A stretch of DNA of 64,000 nucleotides, taken from positions 118,668,001-118,732,000 of the forward strand of contig NC_043001.1 of the NCBI RefSeq assembly GCF_006345805.1. The letters run 5' to 3'. Position 1 is the stretch's first letter, and every line of letters starts with the position of its first letter. Shown here in pieces: positions 41,401 through 51,200 of this stretch. The DNA comes from Octopus sinensis (taxonomy: Eukaryota). Made by a program: the position numbers and the translations under genes. The notes beneath the pieces were generated by a model. The model ran no database searches. It worked only from the letters and a program-made list of their open reading frames with translations, and had not been told where the DNA came from.

Positions 41401-44400
41401 ATTAGTGGAATCATAGACAGAATACCTTGCCATATTTAGTTTACAACTTTTACTGTTTGACTTCAAATTCTTTTAGGTTCAATAAAATAATACAGAAATC
41501 AAGCACTAGTGTTAATATAATCATCTGTACCCACTTCCTAAATATGTAGCCTTCTACCTGTGTCAACAATTATTTCATAATTACTTTTCTTTTCAAATAA
41601 TTTGGCAGTGACAGGTAAGTTCCATAAGGCATTGAGTTACTGAAAATGTGTTCACACTGATTGATACTGTGGTGACTATACAGAAAATATGTTCACTGCA
41701 TTTAATACTGTTTACTACAGAAAATATGTTCACTATGCTTGATGCTGTGATGACTATACAGAAAATATGTTCACTGCATTTAATACTGTTTACTACAGAA
41801 AATATGTTCACTATGCTTGATGCTGTGATGACTATATAGAAAATTGTTGTCTATGATTGTTACAGAGGCAATGTTCATTGTATTTGATATTATGGTAATT
41901 ATAGAGAAAGTATGTTTACTCTGTTTTCTATGACTAGATGCTCTTCCTATCACAAAGCACCTTACAGAGTGTACTGGAGTGCACATTTTGTAGTGCCATC
42001 AGCAAAGAGGGCTAAAGGAATCCTTCTGCTTTGTGTAATTTTTTTGTATTCTTCTTTGGTCTTTCTGAAGCAAGTAATCTGCAAAGTGAATTGCAGAGAA
42101 TACAACTGACTCATATATTCTATTGTTGGCATTGTTTCTACAAATGAATGCTCTTCCTTCCACTAAATTGGAACATATGGGTGAGGCTTGGTCTTCTGAA
42201 TCATTGTGGATGACAGTAACTTTGAATAAAAACTGACTTGGACTGCGATATCTAAGCTGACCCACACCAGCATAGAAAGCTGATGTAATAGGATTATAAT
42301 GATGATACAGTGTGTGTGTGTGTGTGTCTGAGTGTACTACAGATGTCTCAACAAGTTTTCTGTCAAGTTATATTTATCTTCAGTGAACTGGTAATAGCAA
42401 ATACGATTAATTAATATCGCTAATTCTCCACACAAAGTAATATGCAAGCACACATGAAATATAAAAGTAAAATTACATCGTTGCCCCAGAAAGGATCATC
42501 AACACTGCTTCTGTCTGTTGTGTTACCAGTTAAGGTGCGTGTAAAGTTGTGAGAGCCTTCCTTCAGTGATACATTACTCAGGCTAGGGCTGGATTTCACC
42601 GACTGATACCTGTTAGGTGATGGTAAAACAAATGGATTACATTAATTTTACTTATCACTAAACATGGAAATAAAATCTCCCATTTTTTTCTTAAGTTATT
42701 TACAGCTGTAACAAAAATAATGAAACAAAAACTGAAATGATACTGAGTTGGGAGAAACTGTGACTTTGTACAACTACTTTATGTTGTTAATTAGTATTTA
42801 GATAATTAAATAAAACAAAAATGATTTTAAAAAGTGGAAGTATAGCATTACAGAAGATTAGGTCTTTGGATTTTACTTGAGTCACATTCTAAGGAATGTG
42901 AAAAAGTACATTATTCACATTTGATGGATATTTTCCCTCATCTTGTTTGTTGTTAACACAATGTTTCGGCTGATATACCCTCCAGCCTTCACCAGGAGTC
43001 TCGGGAAAATTTCAAACCTGGGTTCTCATTCCTAAGGTATTTTTCGATGTTATTATTATTATTATTATTCAGGTCATTGCCTGGAATCAAACTTGCAATC
43101 TTGGGGTTAGTAGCCCGTGCTCTTAACTTCTATACCATATACCCGTGGGCATATGGCTTAGTGGTTAAGAGCGCAGGCTACTAACCCCAAGATTCCGAGT
43201 TCAATTCCAAGCAGTGACTTGAATAATGATAATAATAATAATAATAATAATAACATCGAAAAATACCTTAAGAATGAGAACCTAGGTTCAAAATTTCCCC
43301 AAGACACCTGATGAAGGCTGGAGGGTATATCAGCTGAAATGCTGTGTCAACAACAAACAAGATGAGGACAAATATCTGTCAAATGTAAACAATGTAAATA
43401 ATGTACATAATTCCTCATCTCTTACATATAGAACTGTAATGTGAAGAGGGTCTGTTGTGAAATGTGTCAAGCCCTTTTAATCTGAGAGAAAGATAATGGC
43501 TGTGAGTTAAGTTAGATGCCTTGACTGGGTATCAAAACTACATTACAAACCTGACTGCTAAGCCGATATGTACCACGCTTTATAGTGCAGATGTTACATT
43601 GAGTGTGTGTGTGGGGCTGGGTGGGGAGAAAGAGTATCTGAGAGGAAGAAGGAGAATCTATGCTCTAGGTATTATGACATTTATCTGTCTTCAGTTTGTG
43701 TCATAATACAGCTGTAACTTTTTTGTATTATCTATACAAAAGCACATTTCAAAAACGTATATTGGTAGAGAATCAATCAGAATTTATAAAACACAGACAT
43801 TGTTGATTGTTGTCTTTGGTTAATAAGCATTAAATTATCTTATTTGACTTGGTTATTAACAGCCAGTTCTTATAAAGCCATTCTCCCAACATAAGAACTA
43901 TCCTTGACATCTTCTACATAGTACCACTAAGTTGTTCTCAAGTAATAATTAATGTTGGTCTTATTATAATTGCTGTTTTATTTCATTTTACTTCAGTGTG
44001 ACATGAAATATTTAAAAATTTCAAAAATTTTCTGTCAGACATGTTAAGAGGTTTTATCATCTTATCTTTATTATTGATTATTACAAAGATGGTGAGCTGG
44101 CAGAATCATTAGCAGATCAATCAAAATGTTTAGCAACATTTCTTCCAGCTATGTTTTGAGTACAAATCCCACTGAAATCAACTTTGCCTTCCATTCTTTC
44201 AGGGATAATAAAGTACCAATCAAGTACTAGAGCAAATGCAATCAACTAGCTCCCTTGACCCCAATCTCCTCCTGGAATTGCTGACCTCGTGCCTAAATTC
44301 GAAGCAATTATCAATAGTGTTATGGTGCAATACATTATTTCTTGAGTCCAAACCTTACCAAGGTCAGCTTAGCCCTTCACCTTTCTGAAATAATTACCAG

Positions 44401-45431
44401 TGAATTGCTGAGGCTGAAATAATTTATTGTTTGCTTCCACCAAGTGTGTAGTTTTTATTTATGTTAGAAATCATTATTAATAAGGTAGACAAGTGTTAGA
44501 TATAAGAGAGCACTGCACTAAAGGTCCAGTAGTATTTCATATTATTGCTTTCTGTTCTAAGTTCAAATTTCATCAAAGTTGACTCTGCTTTTTATACCTT
44601 TGCATGTTAATGAAATTATATACTGATCTCCTTAATACCATGGGATCAATTTAACTGACTAATTCTTTCTACAGAATTTGTTGCCTGGTATTATAGGGTT
44701 CTTGTTACATTCTCTGCTGATGTTTGAATATACATTGAAACTATGGCACATACATGAAGGAAAGCCAGCAAAGCAGTTACTTGTAAAGAAAGCTTTCCCT
44801 CATAAATACAGTAGTATAATTTTTGGAAGAGGAAACGGATCATTATATTGCCCTAAACACTTCACTACGAGGGTATATGAACTCAGAATGTAAAGCAATG
44901 CAAAGCAATGTTGCTAAATACTGCCACCCAACCAATTCTGTCATAACACCATTCTCATACACCAAATAATAATAGTGGTGATAATAATAACAATCTTTTC
45001 TTTATAATTTTGATACAAGGCTAGCTTACTTTATCAACGTGGAAGAACCAGAAGAAATGCTGCTAAACATTTTGTCTAATACTCTAATGGTTCTGCCAAT
45101 TTGCAGCCTTAATAATGAAAATAAAAATAATAGTCACAATAGTAATAATAATAGTCCTTTCTACTATAGGCACAAGGTTGGGACGTTTTGGGGAAGGAGC
45201 TAGTTGATTACATCAATCCCAGCGCATAACTGGTACTTATTTTATTGACCCTGAAAGGATGAAAGGTAAAATCCAGCAAGACAAGAACAGGTGATAAGAA
45301 GAAGAATAAAGTGGGAGATAGAGGAAGGGGTACACTACCTGGATCCTTCTTCAAAATTTGGAGTCAGCTCTGGGTCTTCCTGCTGGTCTGGTGGTGGATG
45401 TTTTTCTAGCAGTGACCGAGATAAACCTTGT
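14123..45431 (-). CDS. FAM149B1: FAM149 family protein (DUF3719; FAM149B1-like), spliced gene: join of 45431-45339, 42609-42477, 41091-40949, 38091-37942, 35623-35453, 33572-33434, 32107-32056, 30379-30285, 28369-28245, 27268-27100, 26132-25986, 21909-21769, 18143-18050, 16864-16721, 14190-14123
   Basis: All introns are GT-AG and all phases join into one frame. Motifs recalled for FAM149 appear in order: GLSRSLLEKHPPP, TGNTTDRSSV..WGND, IQVLFNEINEILYE..ECEEWSLQFPHLRVLGQQI, VEEIIAID, GYPPITPLACVRENIASAMFDYTWNEV, LDGILTVKQK, DEEVLKVTKL, LPPI, RISSA, RPNTT. A vs B1 orthology is not resolvable by eye. Confidence 0.9.
15150..15863 (-). mobile_element. 5'-truncated RTE-clade LINE with (TGA)n tail and 12-bp target-site duplication
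   Basis: VGLYLNEAKTEY..YKYVGSYI..PILLYGSETWTL..RRVQFAGHC..AMMDREVWR; aaattacttgat at 15138-15149 and 15864-15875. Confidence 0.95.
16230..16555 (+). mobile_element. tRNA-derived SINE with cttgagcaagacac core; related copies at about 23940-24180 and 26560-26830
   Basis: A box tggctcagtgg, B box gagttcaattcc, shared body among copies. Confidence 0.8.
16721..16864 (-). CDS. FAM149B1: FAM149 exon, 144 bp, phase 1-1 (GQNVTLG...EIICSPW)
   Basis: cattttactttcag|GTGG ... TGGG|gtaagc; the only open frame. Confidence 0.9.
18050..18143 (-). CDS. FAM149B1: FAM149 exon, 94 bp, phase 0-1 (SETPFSTLLMRRSSTPPW...)
   Basis: ttttcctttaaaattatag|TCT ... ATAG|gtaagc. Confidence 0.88.
19690..21430 (-). mobile_element. 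Cluster of degenerate SINE family A copies (about 19690-19960, 20240-20420, 20985-21160, 21235-21430); more at about 33770-34160, 34700-34870, 36165-36630, 37620-37830, 44085-44300 (opposite strand), 45165-45270
   Basis: Recurrent tggtacttattttattgacc..aaaggatgaaaggcaaagt..ggaatttgaactcagaa core. Confidence 0.8.
20460..20830 (+). mobile_element. 3' fragment of an R4/Dong-like RLE non-LTR retrotransposon next to (AAT)n
   Basis: KIPWDFDI..KPD..KQECLITDV..PGD..KE..K..KYGNLKIEIAK..KVVPVVI..LKKYLDTLEIP..LQKSALLGTA..KVLSV, with stops and frameshifts. Confidence 0.8.
21769..21909 (-). CDS. FAM149B1: FAM149 exon, 141 bp, phase 0-0 (RYVGGSNNNRISSA...RPNTTHAMAR)
   Basis: cattgtattttcag|CGG ... CGG|gtttgt (weak donor); RISSA and RPNTT motifs. 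Confidence 0.85.
23325..23715 (-). mobile_element. SINE family C copy with internal (CA)n microsatellite
   Basis: Colinear with the copy at 63050-63972 (cagtcatt.gactgc..., gaagacacttg..., gactgaa.cc..). Confidence 0.75.
25986..26132 (-). CDS. FAM149B1: FAM149 exon, 147 bp, phase 0-0 (DEEVLKVTKL...PVGRPQ)
   Basis: cttttctttttttttgcag|GAT ... CAG|gtattg. Confidence 0.92.
27100..27268 (-). CDS. FAM149B1: FAM149 exon, 169 bp (187 bp if the acceptor at 27286 is used), phase 2-0
   Basis: ttatattacag|T GAT ... ATG|gttagt; DGSDISLP..KPLRLAPL..RTPCM. Confidence 0.88.
28245..28369 (-). CDS. FAM149B1: FAM149 exon, 125 bp, phase 0-2 (VSLPTRT...SLDGILTVKQKDIVERP)
   Basis: attctctgcag|GTGAGT ... TTGCA|gtaagt; LDGILTVKQK resembles the L.G.MTI..K motif I recall for FAM149. 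Confidence 0.8.
30285..30379 (-). CDS. FAM149B1: FAM149 exon, 95 bp, phase 1-0 (VEKSILLPLP...YNYQK)
   Basis: tttctttctctccatgtttaacag|GT ... AAG|gtcagt; an alternative donor gtatgt would end the exon at 30305. Confidence 0.75.
32056..32107 (-). CDS. FAM149B1: FAM149 exon, 52 bp, phase 0-1 (VLVWMKTLLSMYFEYVR)
   Basis: attacttttttacag|GTA ... AGAG|gtaaaa; continues the conserved FD..W.EV helix. Confidence 0.85.
33434..33572 (-). CDS. FAM149B1: FAM149 exon, 139 bp, phase 2-0 (..GYPPITPLACVRENIASAMFDYTWNE)
   Basis: ttttttttcccaattcag|A ATA ... GAG|gtaaga; conserved GYPP..P..C..E motif. Confidence 0.93.
34885..35230 (-). mobile_element. SINE family B copy with (TGA)n tail; a partial copy lies at about 60428-60545
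   Basis: Reverse complement of 39700-40085. Confidence 0.85.
35453..35623 (-). CDS. FAM149B1: FAM149 exon, 171 bp, phase 2-2 (LNITGK...GNVEEIIAIDYPE)
   Basis: ctgtttaatccaaag|G TTG ... GAGAG|gttggt. Confidence 0.88.
36780..37140 (-). mobile_element. Probable CR1/L2-like LINE 3' remnant
   Basis: Degenerate resemblance to the F.PRT..LWN.LP..FP..YDL..FK..VN terminal region. Confidence 0.4.
37942..38091 (-). CDS. FAM149B1: FAM149 exon, 150 bp, phase 2-2 (VLGQQIFPSEEQGY...)
   Basis: cattttttcatttttcag|A GTA ... CAGTT|gtaagt; completes FPHLRVLGQQI. Confidence 0.93.
38150..38655. mobile_element. Tail-to-tail pair of SINE family B copies
   Basis: ..ggacgttaaacaatgatgat-c-accatcatcatttaacatcc.. 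with inverted homology out to about 38394 and 38652. Confidence 0.75.
39570..40085 (+). mobile_element. SINE family B copy with internal tandem sub-repeats (gccagtggcatgtaaaaagcaccattcgagc) and (TGA)n tail
   Basis: Shared body and tail with copies at 34885, 38150 and 60428. Confidence 0.85.
40949..41091 (-). CDS. FAM149B1: FAM149 DUF3719 core exon, 143 bp, phase 0-2
   Basis: cttttgcctcttctccacaaag|GAA ... CTCAG|gttttc; IQVLFNEINEILYE..ECEEWSLQFPHL. Confidence 0.93.
41640..41840. repeat. 78-bp minisatellite (37+41-bp subunits), about 2.5 copies
   Basis: cagaaaatatgttcact recurs at 41681, 41718, 41759, 41796. Confidence 0.9.
42477..42609 (-). CDS. FAM149B1: FAM149 exon, 133 bp, phase 2-0 (..TGNTTDRSSVDDPFWGND)
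   Basis: ttttaccatcacctaacag|G TAT ... GAT|gtaatt; matches the TG.STE.SSV.SWG.D motif. Confidence 0.9.
42955..43000 (-). ncRNA. Hammerhead motif, left arm (core mutated to CTGGTGA)
   Basis: Reverse complement gactcCTGGTGAaggctg..cagccGAAAcattgtgtt. Confidence 0.6.
43303..43348 (+). ncRNA. Minimal type I hammerhead ribozyme motif (cleavage-site region mutated)
   Basis: gacac-CTGATGA-a-ggctg(gagggtatat)cagct-GAAA-tgct-gtgtc; stem I gacac/gtgtc, stem II ggctg/cagc(c/t). Confidence 0.75.
45339..45431 (-). CDS. FAM149B1: FAM149 N-terminal exon, 93 bp, phase 2-2 (QGLSRSLLEKHPPP...)
   Basis: gtgtttttcttcaag|A CAA ... CCAG|gtagtg; resembles the G.....L..HPPP N-terminal motif of FAM149B1. Confidence 0.85.
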
Positions 45432-47530
45432 CTTGAAGAAAAACACAAAACAAATAAATAAAGGTCAATAGAGTTGTAATGAATTAGAGAGAGAGAGGGA
45501 AAGAGAGAGAGAGTGTTTGTGTGTGAGTGTGTGTGTGTTGTTGTCTAGCCCCAGGTCCACTCTGACTGAGAAGACCAGTAGTACAAGTACAACTAGCATG
45601 TACTATTGTTTCATTATATGCTGGCTGTACAGTGCCAATAATATGGTCTGGTGACATGTATTGTGCTTTTGTTAGGTGTTTTTTTAGATAACTAAGCTGT
45701 CATGAGCAGATGACACCCTCACCTTCTTGTCCCCATCCCCTTTACCCTAGCAGCATCCAGGATGTGACAGTTGGAGGAAAAGGGAGCTGCACCAGTGCCT
45801 GGCTGGTACTCATGTAAAGCCAAACAGACTGGAAAAATGTGTGCCTTGCTCATGGATACAACATGTAGCCTAGTCCATGAACTGAAACCAGGTCTCCATG
45901 GTTGTGAAGTGAGCACCCTGACCACTAGGTTCTGTGCCCCTTCACACATGACTATACCAATAATCAAAGGTATTGCAACTGTCATAATCCTGTCCTTTCT
46001 TCAGACATAGTTTCAAAGTCTTCATCACCTGATGTATACCTTTTATTATTTTAAGATGTGATTTAAGGGAGATTTGGTTACTATTTCTCTACATGGAAGT
46101 CTTTTGGATAGACGGCAAAAGGTTACCTCTGTGACACTGTGTTACAGTGATTCTACATGAAGATTTGACTATGTTAAGAATGCAAATGACTGTGGGATAA
46201 TGAGCCACTTACACTTCAATATAATTAAATCAAGTAGGTGGGGAAATGGTAGAGTTGGCTAAGTGTTGGATAGAACGTCTCATAGTATTTCTTCTACCGC
46301 TCTGGGCTCTGAGTTCAAATGAAGCCAAGGTCAACTTTGTCTTTAGTTCTTTTGGGGTTGATAAAAATGTACCTGTCTAGGGTGACAGATAGGTAGAACT
46401 GCAAACAGTTCAGGCAAGATGCTTTGTGGTGTTTATTTTGGTTCTTTACACTCTGTCAATAATGCCAGTGACAACACTGAACCTAAGCTGTGTCAACATG
46501 GGTTGATGGCATTTCCTTTAAGTAAACATTCATAGCAAGGAGAAAGGAGACATTCATGCATAAGCAACTACCAGTCTTCCTAAGAAAAGACTGACCCTGC
46601 ATCTGTAAAAGTATGCTTAAGACCTGTGCATACAAGTGCAGATGTATGAGTGATATAGCCTTGAGGATGGAGGTCCCAAAGACAGATCATAAGATTGAAT
46701 AACTGGAATACTTATTGTTGAAACTGATAAAGGACCCATTTGCTATTTGGTTTGTAGAAACAGACACTATACACATACCAAATCAACAGTGGGAGCCTGT
46801 ACATGGTAGCTTGAGAAGTTAGAAATAGCAGCAAAATTCTCCTTAAACCACATCTTATCTTAAAATAAGAAGAACAAATTGAATAATGTAGTTCTGGAAA
46901 TGCTGTCTGAAATATAATGGAATGGTCATGATTGGAACACTTTGATCATAGGTCTGTTTAATCAAAACTGGCCAAGGGCTAAACACATCAATAAACACAC
47001 ACACACACACACACACGCTCACACACACATATATATTCAAATGAGAAGAGACAGTCAAATATGATTTTAGGAAACGAAATATGACAAAACTTTATGGGTC
47101 TATAATTATTTATAAATGCAACATGATTACATTATAGATCTTCACATGGCAGGAGGTTAAAGATCATAAATTATAAGGATGAGATATAATTAATTGAATC
47201 AATTCCCTTAATTAATTGGAACTCATTTATTGATCCTCACAAGAGAAATGCAAAGTGAGCTGTATTGGGATCTGAACTGAAGTAATATAATATAATGATA
47301 AATTATTTGAATATCAAGTTATTCCCATGGCAGTATTGCAGTCGGGTACATGAAATGTTTTGCCAATATTTTTCACTCCTCTCAGTCTTGACTTTCTCTA
47401 TACATTGTTTGGTCCCAAATGGTCCACTATGAAATTAAATAAATGTTAGTCAAACTCTCATTCAAGTGTTTCACTGGACTTGGTAACCCTGATGACATCC
47501 ACTTCTTCCCTAGGATATAAGTATCAATAC

Positions 47531-47604
47531 CTCTCAAGGAACTCATCAACCTTTGGCAGATTTTGCTTTTTAAATTTTGTTGGATGCCCACACATTCTCT
47601 TCAT
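47531..47604 (-). CDS. Tentative first coding exon of FAM149 (MKRMCGHPTKFKKQNLPKVDEFLE-R)
   Basis: ATG-initiated, ends phase 2 at GAG|gtattg, which fits the next exon; only loose similarity to FAM149 N-termini. Confidence 0.35.
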
Positions 47605-47857
47605 TAGGCAAGGCTAGTTGAGGGCTGGTTTAGTCACTAAACACTGACCATAACCACGTAGTATTAGGTTATATGGTTCATGGTTGCAGGTTTCCATTTG
47701 CCTATGATGGAATTGAAGATATATATATATATATATAATAGGTATGGAAAAGACTAAATACTATTTTACCTAAAGTATGAGAGGCAACTCTGGGCATATT
47801 TTGGCCTTAAGCTAATCTCATCAGCAGAGCATAGCATTTCACACTGAGAGTCTAAAT

Positions 47858-48210
47858 CAGGGATTCTCGAACTGGGGTATGTGAAGCTTGTAAAAAAACA
47901 GAAATCTTGAAGTAAACACAACCAACTAAACAAAATCCATGTCTAGAAAATATGTGGAAAGCCTTTTGCTGTTCACATCCACTTATCCTTGTGAACCAGT
48001 GTTTTCAACAATGTTTATAACCAAAAACAAATTTCAGACAAGCTGTTCAACTGAGAATGATAGGCAGACATGCCTTGTTGAAGCTGCACTTAAAATGGAG
48101 TCATTTGTTAAAAAGAAGAAGCTCATTTACTTCTTTAAAAATATAATAATAAATGAAATGGATTTCTTACATAGACACAAAGTCAGAAATTTTGTGGGAG
48201 AGAATGGTTG
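47858..48210 (+). mobile_element. Charlie-type hAT remnant
   Basis: Terminal repeat cagggattctcgaact preceded by gtctaaat; LLLFTSTYPCEPVFSTMFITKNKF dimerisation-domain motif. Confidence 0.65.
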
Positions 48211-51200
48211 ATTATATTAACACCAATTCATCACTGGTACTTAATTTTATTGATCATCACCCTCCCTTGGAAGGATGAAAAACAAATTTGACCATGGCAA
48301 GATTTGAACTCTTTAAATTAAACTAAATTAATAACAAATAGTATGTGTCTATTGTCTTCAATGGTAACCATTTTACACAGTGTATGCCAACACTGCCAGG
48401 CATGATGAAGGAGGATTTTGGTTGAAAAAGTTTGACAACCTTTGACCCAAAGGAATTATTGCATCTGCCAACATCTTCAACTCTTCATACTGGTGCAAGG
48501 ATTAAATGCAAATTCATGAGCCAATGAAAGAGCCTTCTATATAGAAACTTGATCTGTTATTAATAACAACCACATCTCCCTCAAATTATCCTCAACAGTC
48601 TTAAGAACAATGTAGTCCTGGATATCCCATGTCTGAAAAAAAATGGTCAAGTTGGTAAGACTGGACTTCTTTAATTATAGGTCTGTCGATTCATCTGGGA
48701 TGACCTAGAACTAAAAACAACAATGTTTCCTCACACCAACATTAACATTAGATATCACTAGAAGTTGGATACCAGGAAGAATTATAACAATTCTAAATTC
48801 CAACGAACACCAACCCAAACAGCACCATACTGAACTAATATCATCTTATATACACTCACAAATATATTTAAAAAACAATCTCATCCTTACCATCACCAAC
48901 CCATGCATTCCAACATTCAGTTTACAATATGGCTCCAAGCCACAATATCCAACTATCAGATGCTTCACAAAACCTGATACAAAGAATATGTGATTCCTTC
49001 AGTAACACAGAAACCCTCTTTGAAACACCTCAGTGAAAACAGCAAAAAAAAAAAAAAGTTGCCAATGAGGTGGGTTCCACGTGGTCATTTGGCCATGCAG
49101 AAATAGTAACCAAATCACTCTTACAGCATTGAAAATGGAAAACCACATTAGCTAAGTTAGTCTGAGATACTCCTACAAAGGCAGTATGGTTACAGCTAAG
49201 ATTCTTTTAATCATAAGTTTGTTTGCTCAGGGCTGACCTGTGGCTAAACAGAAACTATACAAAATTCTGGCAAGTGAACTTTCAGGTCAGCAAGTACAAC
49301 AATAACAACAACAGTACATCCAGCATTGCAGTATTTATTCTGGCTCTTTGCTTTCCTAAATTCAAATTCCACCAAAGCCAACTTTGCCTTTCATTCTTCT
49401 GGGGTCAATAAATAATACATCAATTTAGAGTGGAAGACTGGCAGAAATGCTGCAGCATTGAATGGGATGTCTTGCAACATTTATTCTGGCTTTTTGCATT
49501 GGCATTTTGAGTTCAAATCCTCAAATAGATTACTTGGGTGGTAGACTTAATTTGTTGCCAAATCTAACACTACTTCCACATTCTTGAGGTATCTTTTATG
49601 AAATCCACACTGTTGCATGCATTTGAGTCCAGTCTCCACTTTGAGGATCCCTTCCCTCTCCTACCCACCAATCTGAGTGGCCTTCAGAAGTGTCATTAGC
49701 ACATCTATTTCTCCTGACATATCTACACGACCATCCTCACCTTTATGCAAGAGTACATTTACTGATGCTATTACAGCTTTTTCCCTCTTCCAACACAATT
49801 CTGCAGGCACAGCTCTCCAAATACTCCAATTCTTTATCACATTATAGAAATCCAGTTCCATATTAGCAGATTAAAAAAAAGAAGCTTTCTGGCAGTATCC
49901 TATTCCTTCTTGCTAGCAAAATCAAAAGTCATCAAACAGAACTACCAACACCACCGCACACACACACCACTACAAAACAAAAATACTAACACTTACCAAC
50001 AACATTCACAAAAAACATAGAAAAAACAAAATGATGTACAAAAACTTTTCGGACATTCCCAAGAATTGCATTTGACCAATGCAAAGAAACCAACACTTTA
50101 TGTATGGACTATGCTGCCAGTCACACACTAGCCCTAATTTTCTCTACTACAGACCACAAAGAATATAGTATAGTGTATTCCCAGCATAACAGGCTGCACA
50201 CAAATCACTTAGCTAATAAGAGAGCTTCTACCTGGTCACTCAACCTACTAGAAATAGCAGCCAAATCTCTCTCAAATCATATCCTACCATCTTAAACAAG
50301 GATGCCCTAGATAATGTGGATTGGGATTCCATGCACATAGAAAAAGGAAGATAACTACAGTTGGAATTATATTTAATTATAGGTGTGCTTGATTAGGGCT
50401 TCCCTAGAACTAAATAACAATAAAAATTCTTGAAATGTAAGGATACCTGGGTGTGCAAAAGTGATAAAAAAAGTACAACACAGTTCTTAGTAAACTATCC
50501 GTAGGTTCAGATATGCACCTCTTTAATGCACATTACATGCAAAAATAGCTGTAGCAGCAGCAACACTTTATTATTTTGGAAAATTGTGCTGGGAGAAGTG
50601 GTAAAAAAAAAGAAGTTATTGTGATATGACCAAGTCCAGTTAATCTGATTGACCTACAGCCAGGATCTACAGGATGGCTAAGGAGGGAACCACTACATAG
50701 CTGCTCAACCTGCTAGATTCAGTATTGAAATCACCATCATATCCAACTATCTTAAAATAAAAAATACAATGGATAGTGTGGTACCTATATATGTATGAAC
50801 GTAGGATCAGGAATGTCCAAATAGCATTGTAGACGTCAGAGATAAGCAATGAATTGGGGCCTCTAAAACATGAATTAGTATTAGGCCACATAAACCGATG
50901 GGGCGATACCTCAAGATGGCACTGAATAGGATGGTGTGGTCAAGGCTGGAGCTCTTTTGATCACAGGTCTATTCAGTTAGTGCCTGCCTTGAGTTAAATG
51001 ACAACAACAACAGCAACCTGAACGCCAGCATCACCACCACCAACAGACATCCAAGAGCAGACTGGAAAGTGGAGAAAATACAATATCATGTCTGGACTTC
51101 CACAGTGAATCTCCAATAATATGGTACTGCATATCAAGAGTGTGTAATGTGGCTCTCGACCATGTTTAAACAGTGGAATCTCTCTGCGGATCACAATCAT

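Larger units (their letters stand above)
42906..43438. mobile_element. Head-to-head fold-back element; each arm is a tRNA-like head + (AAT)n + hammerhead ribozyme motif
   Basis: About 240-bp inverted arms centred on cccgtggg at about 43146; second family member at 56748-57196. Confidence 0.85.

Noticed and set aside
43147-43218. tRNA gene call for the tRNA-like heads (here and in the SINEs)
   Set aside because: No convincing acceptor stem; embedded in repeats, so treated as SINE-type promoters
48700-50110. Possible old LINE RT remnants
   Set aside because: Only faint motif resemblance across many stops; not assignable by eye
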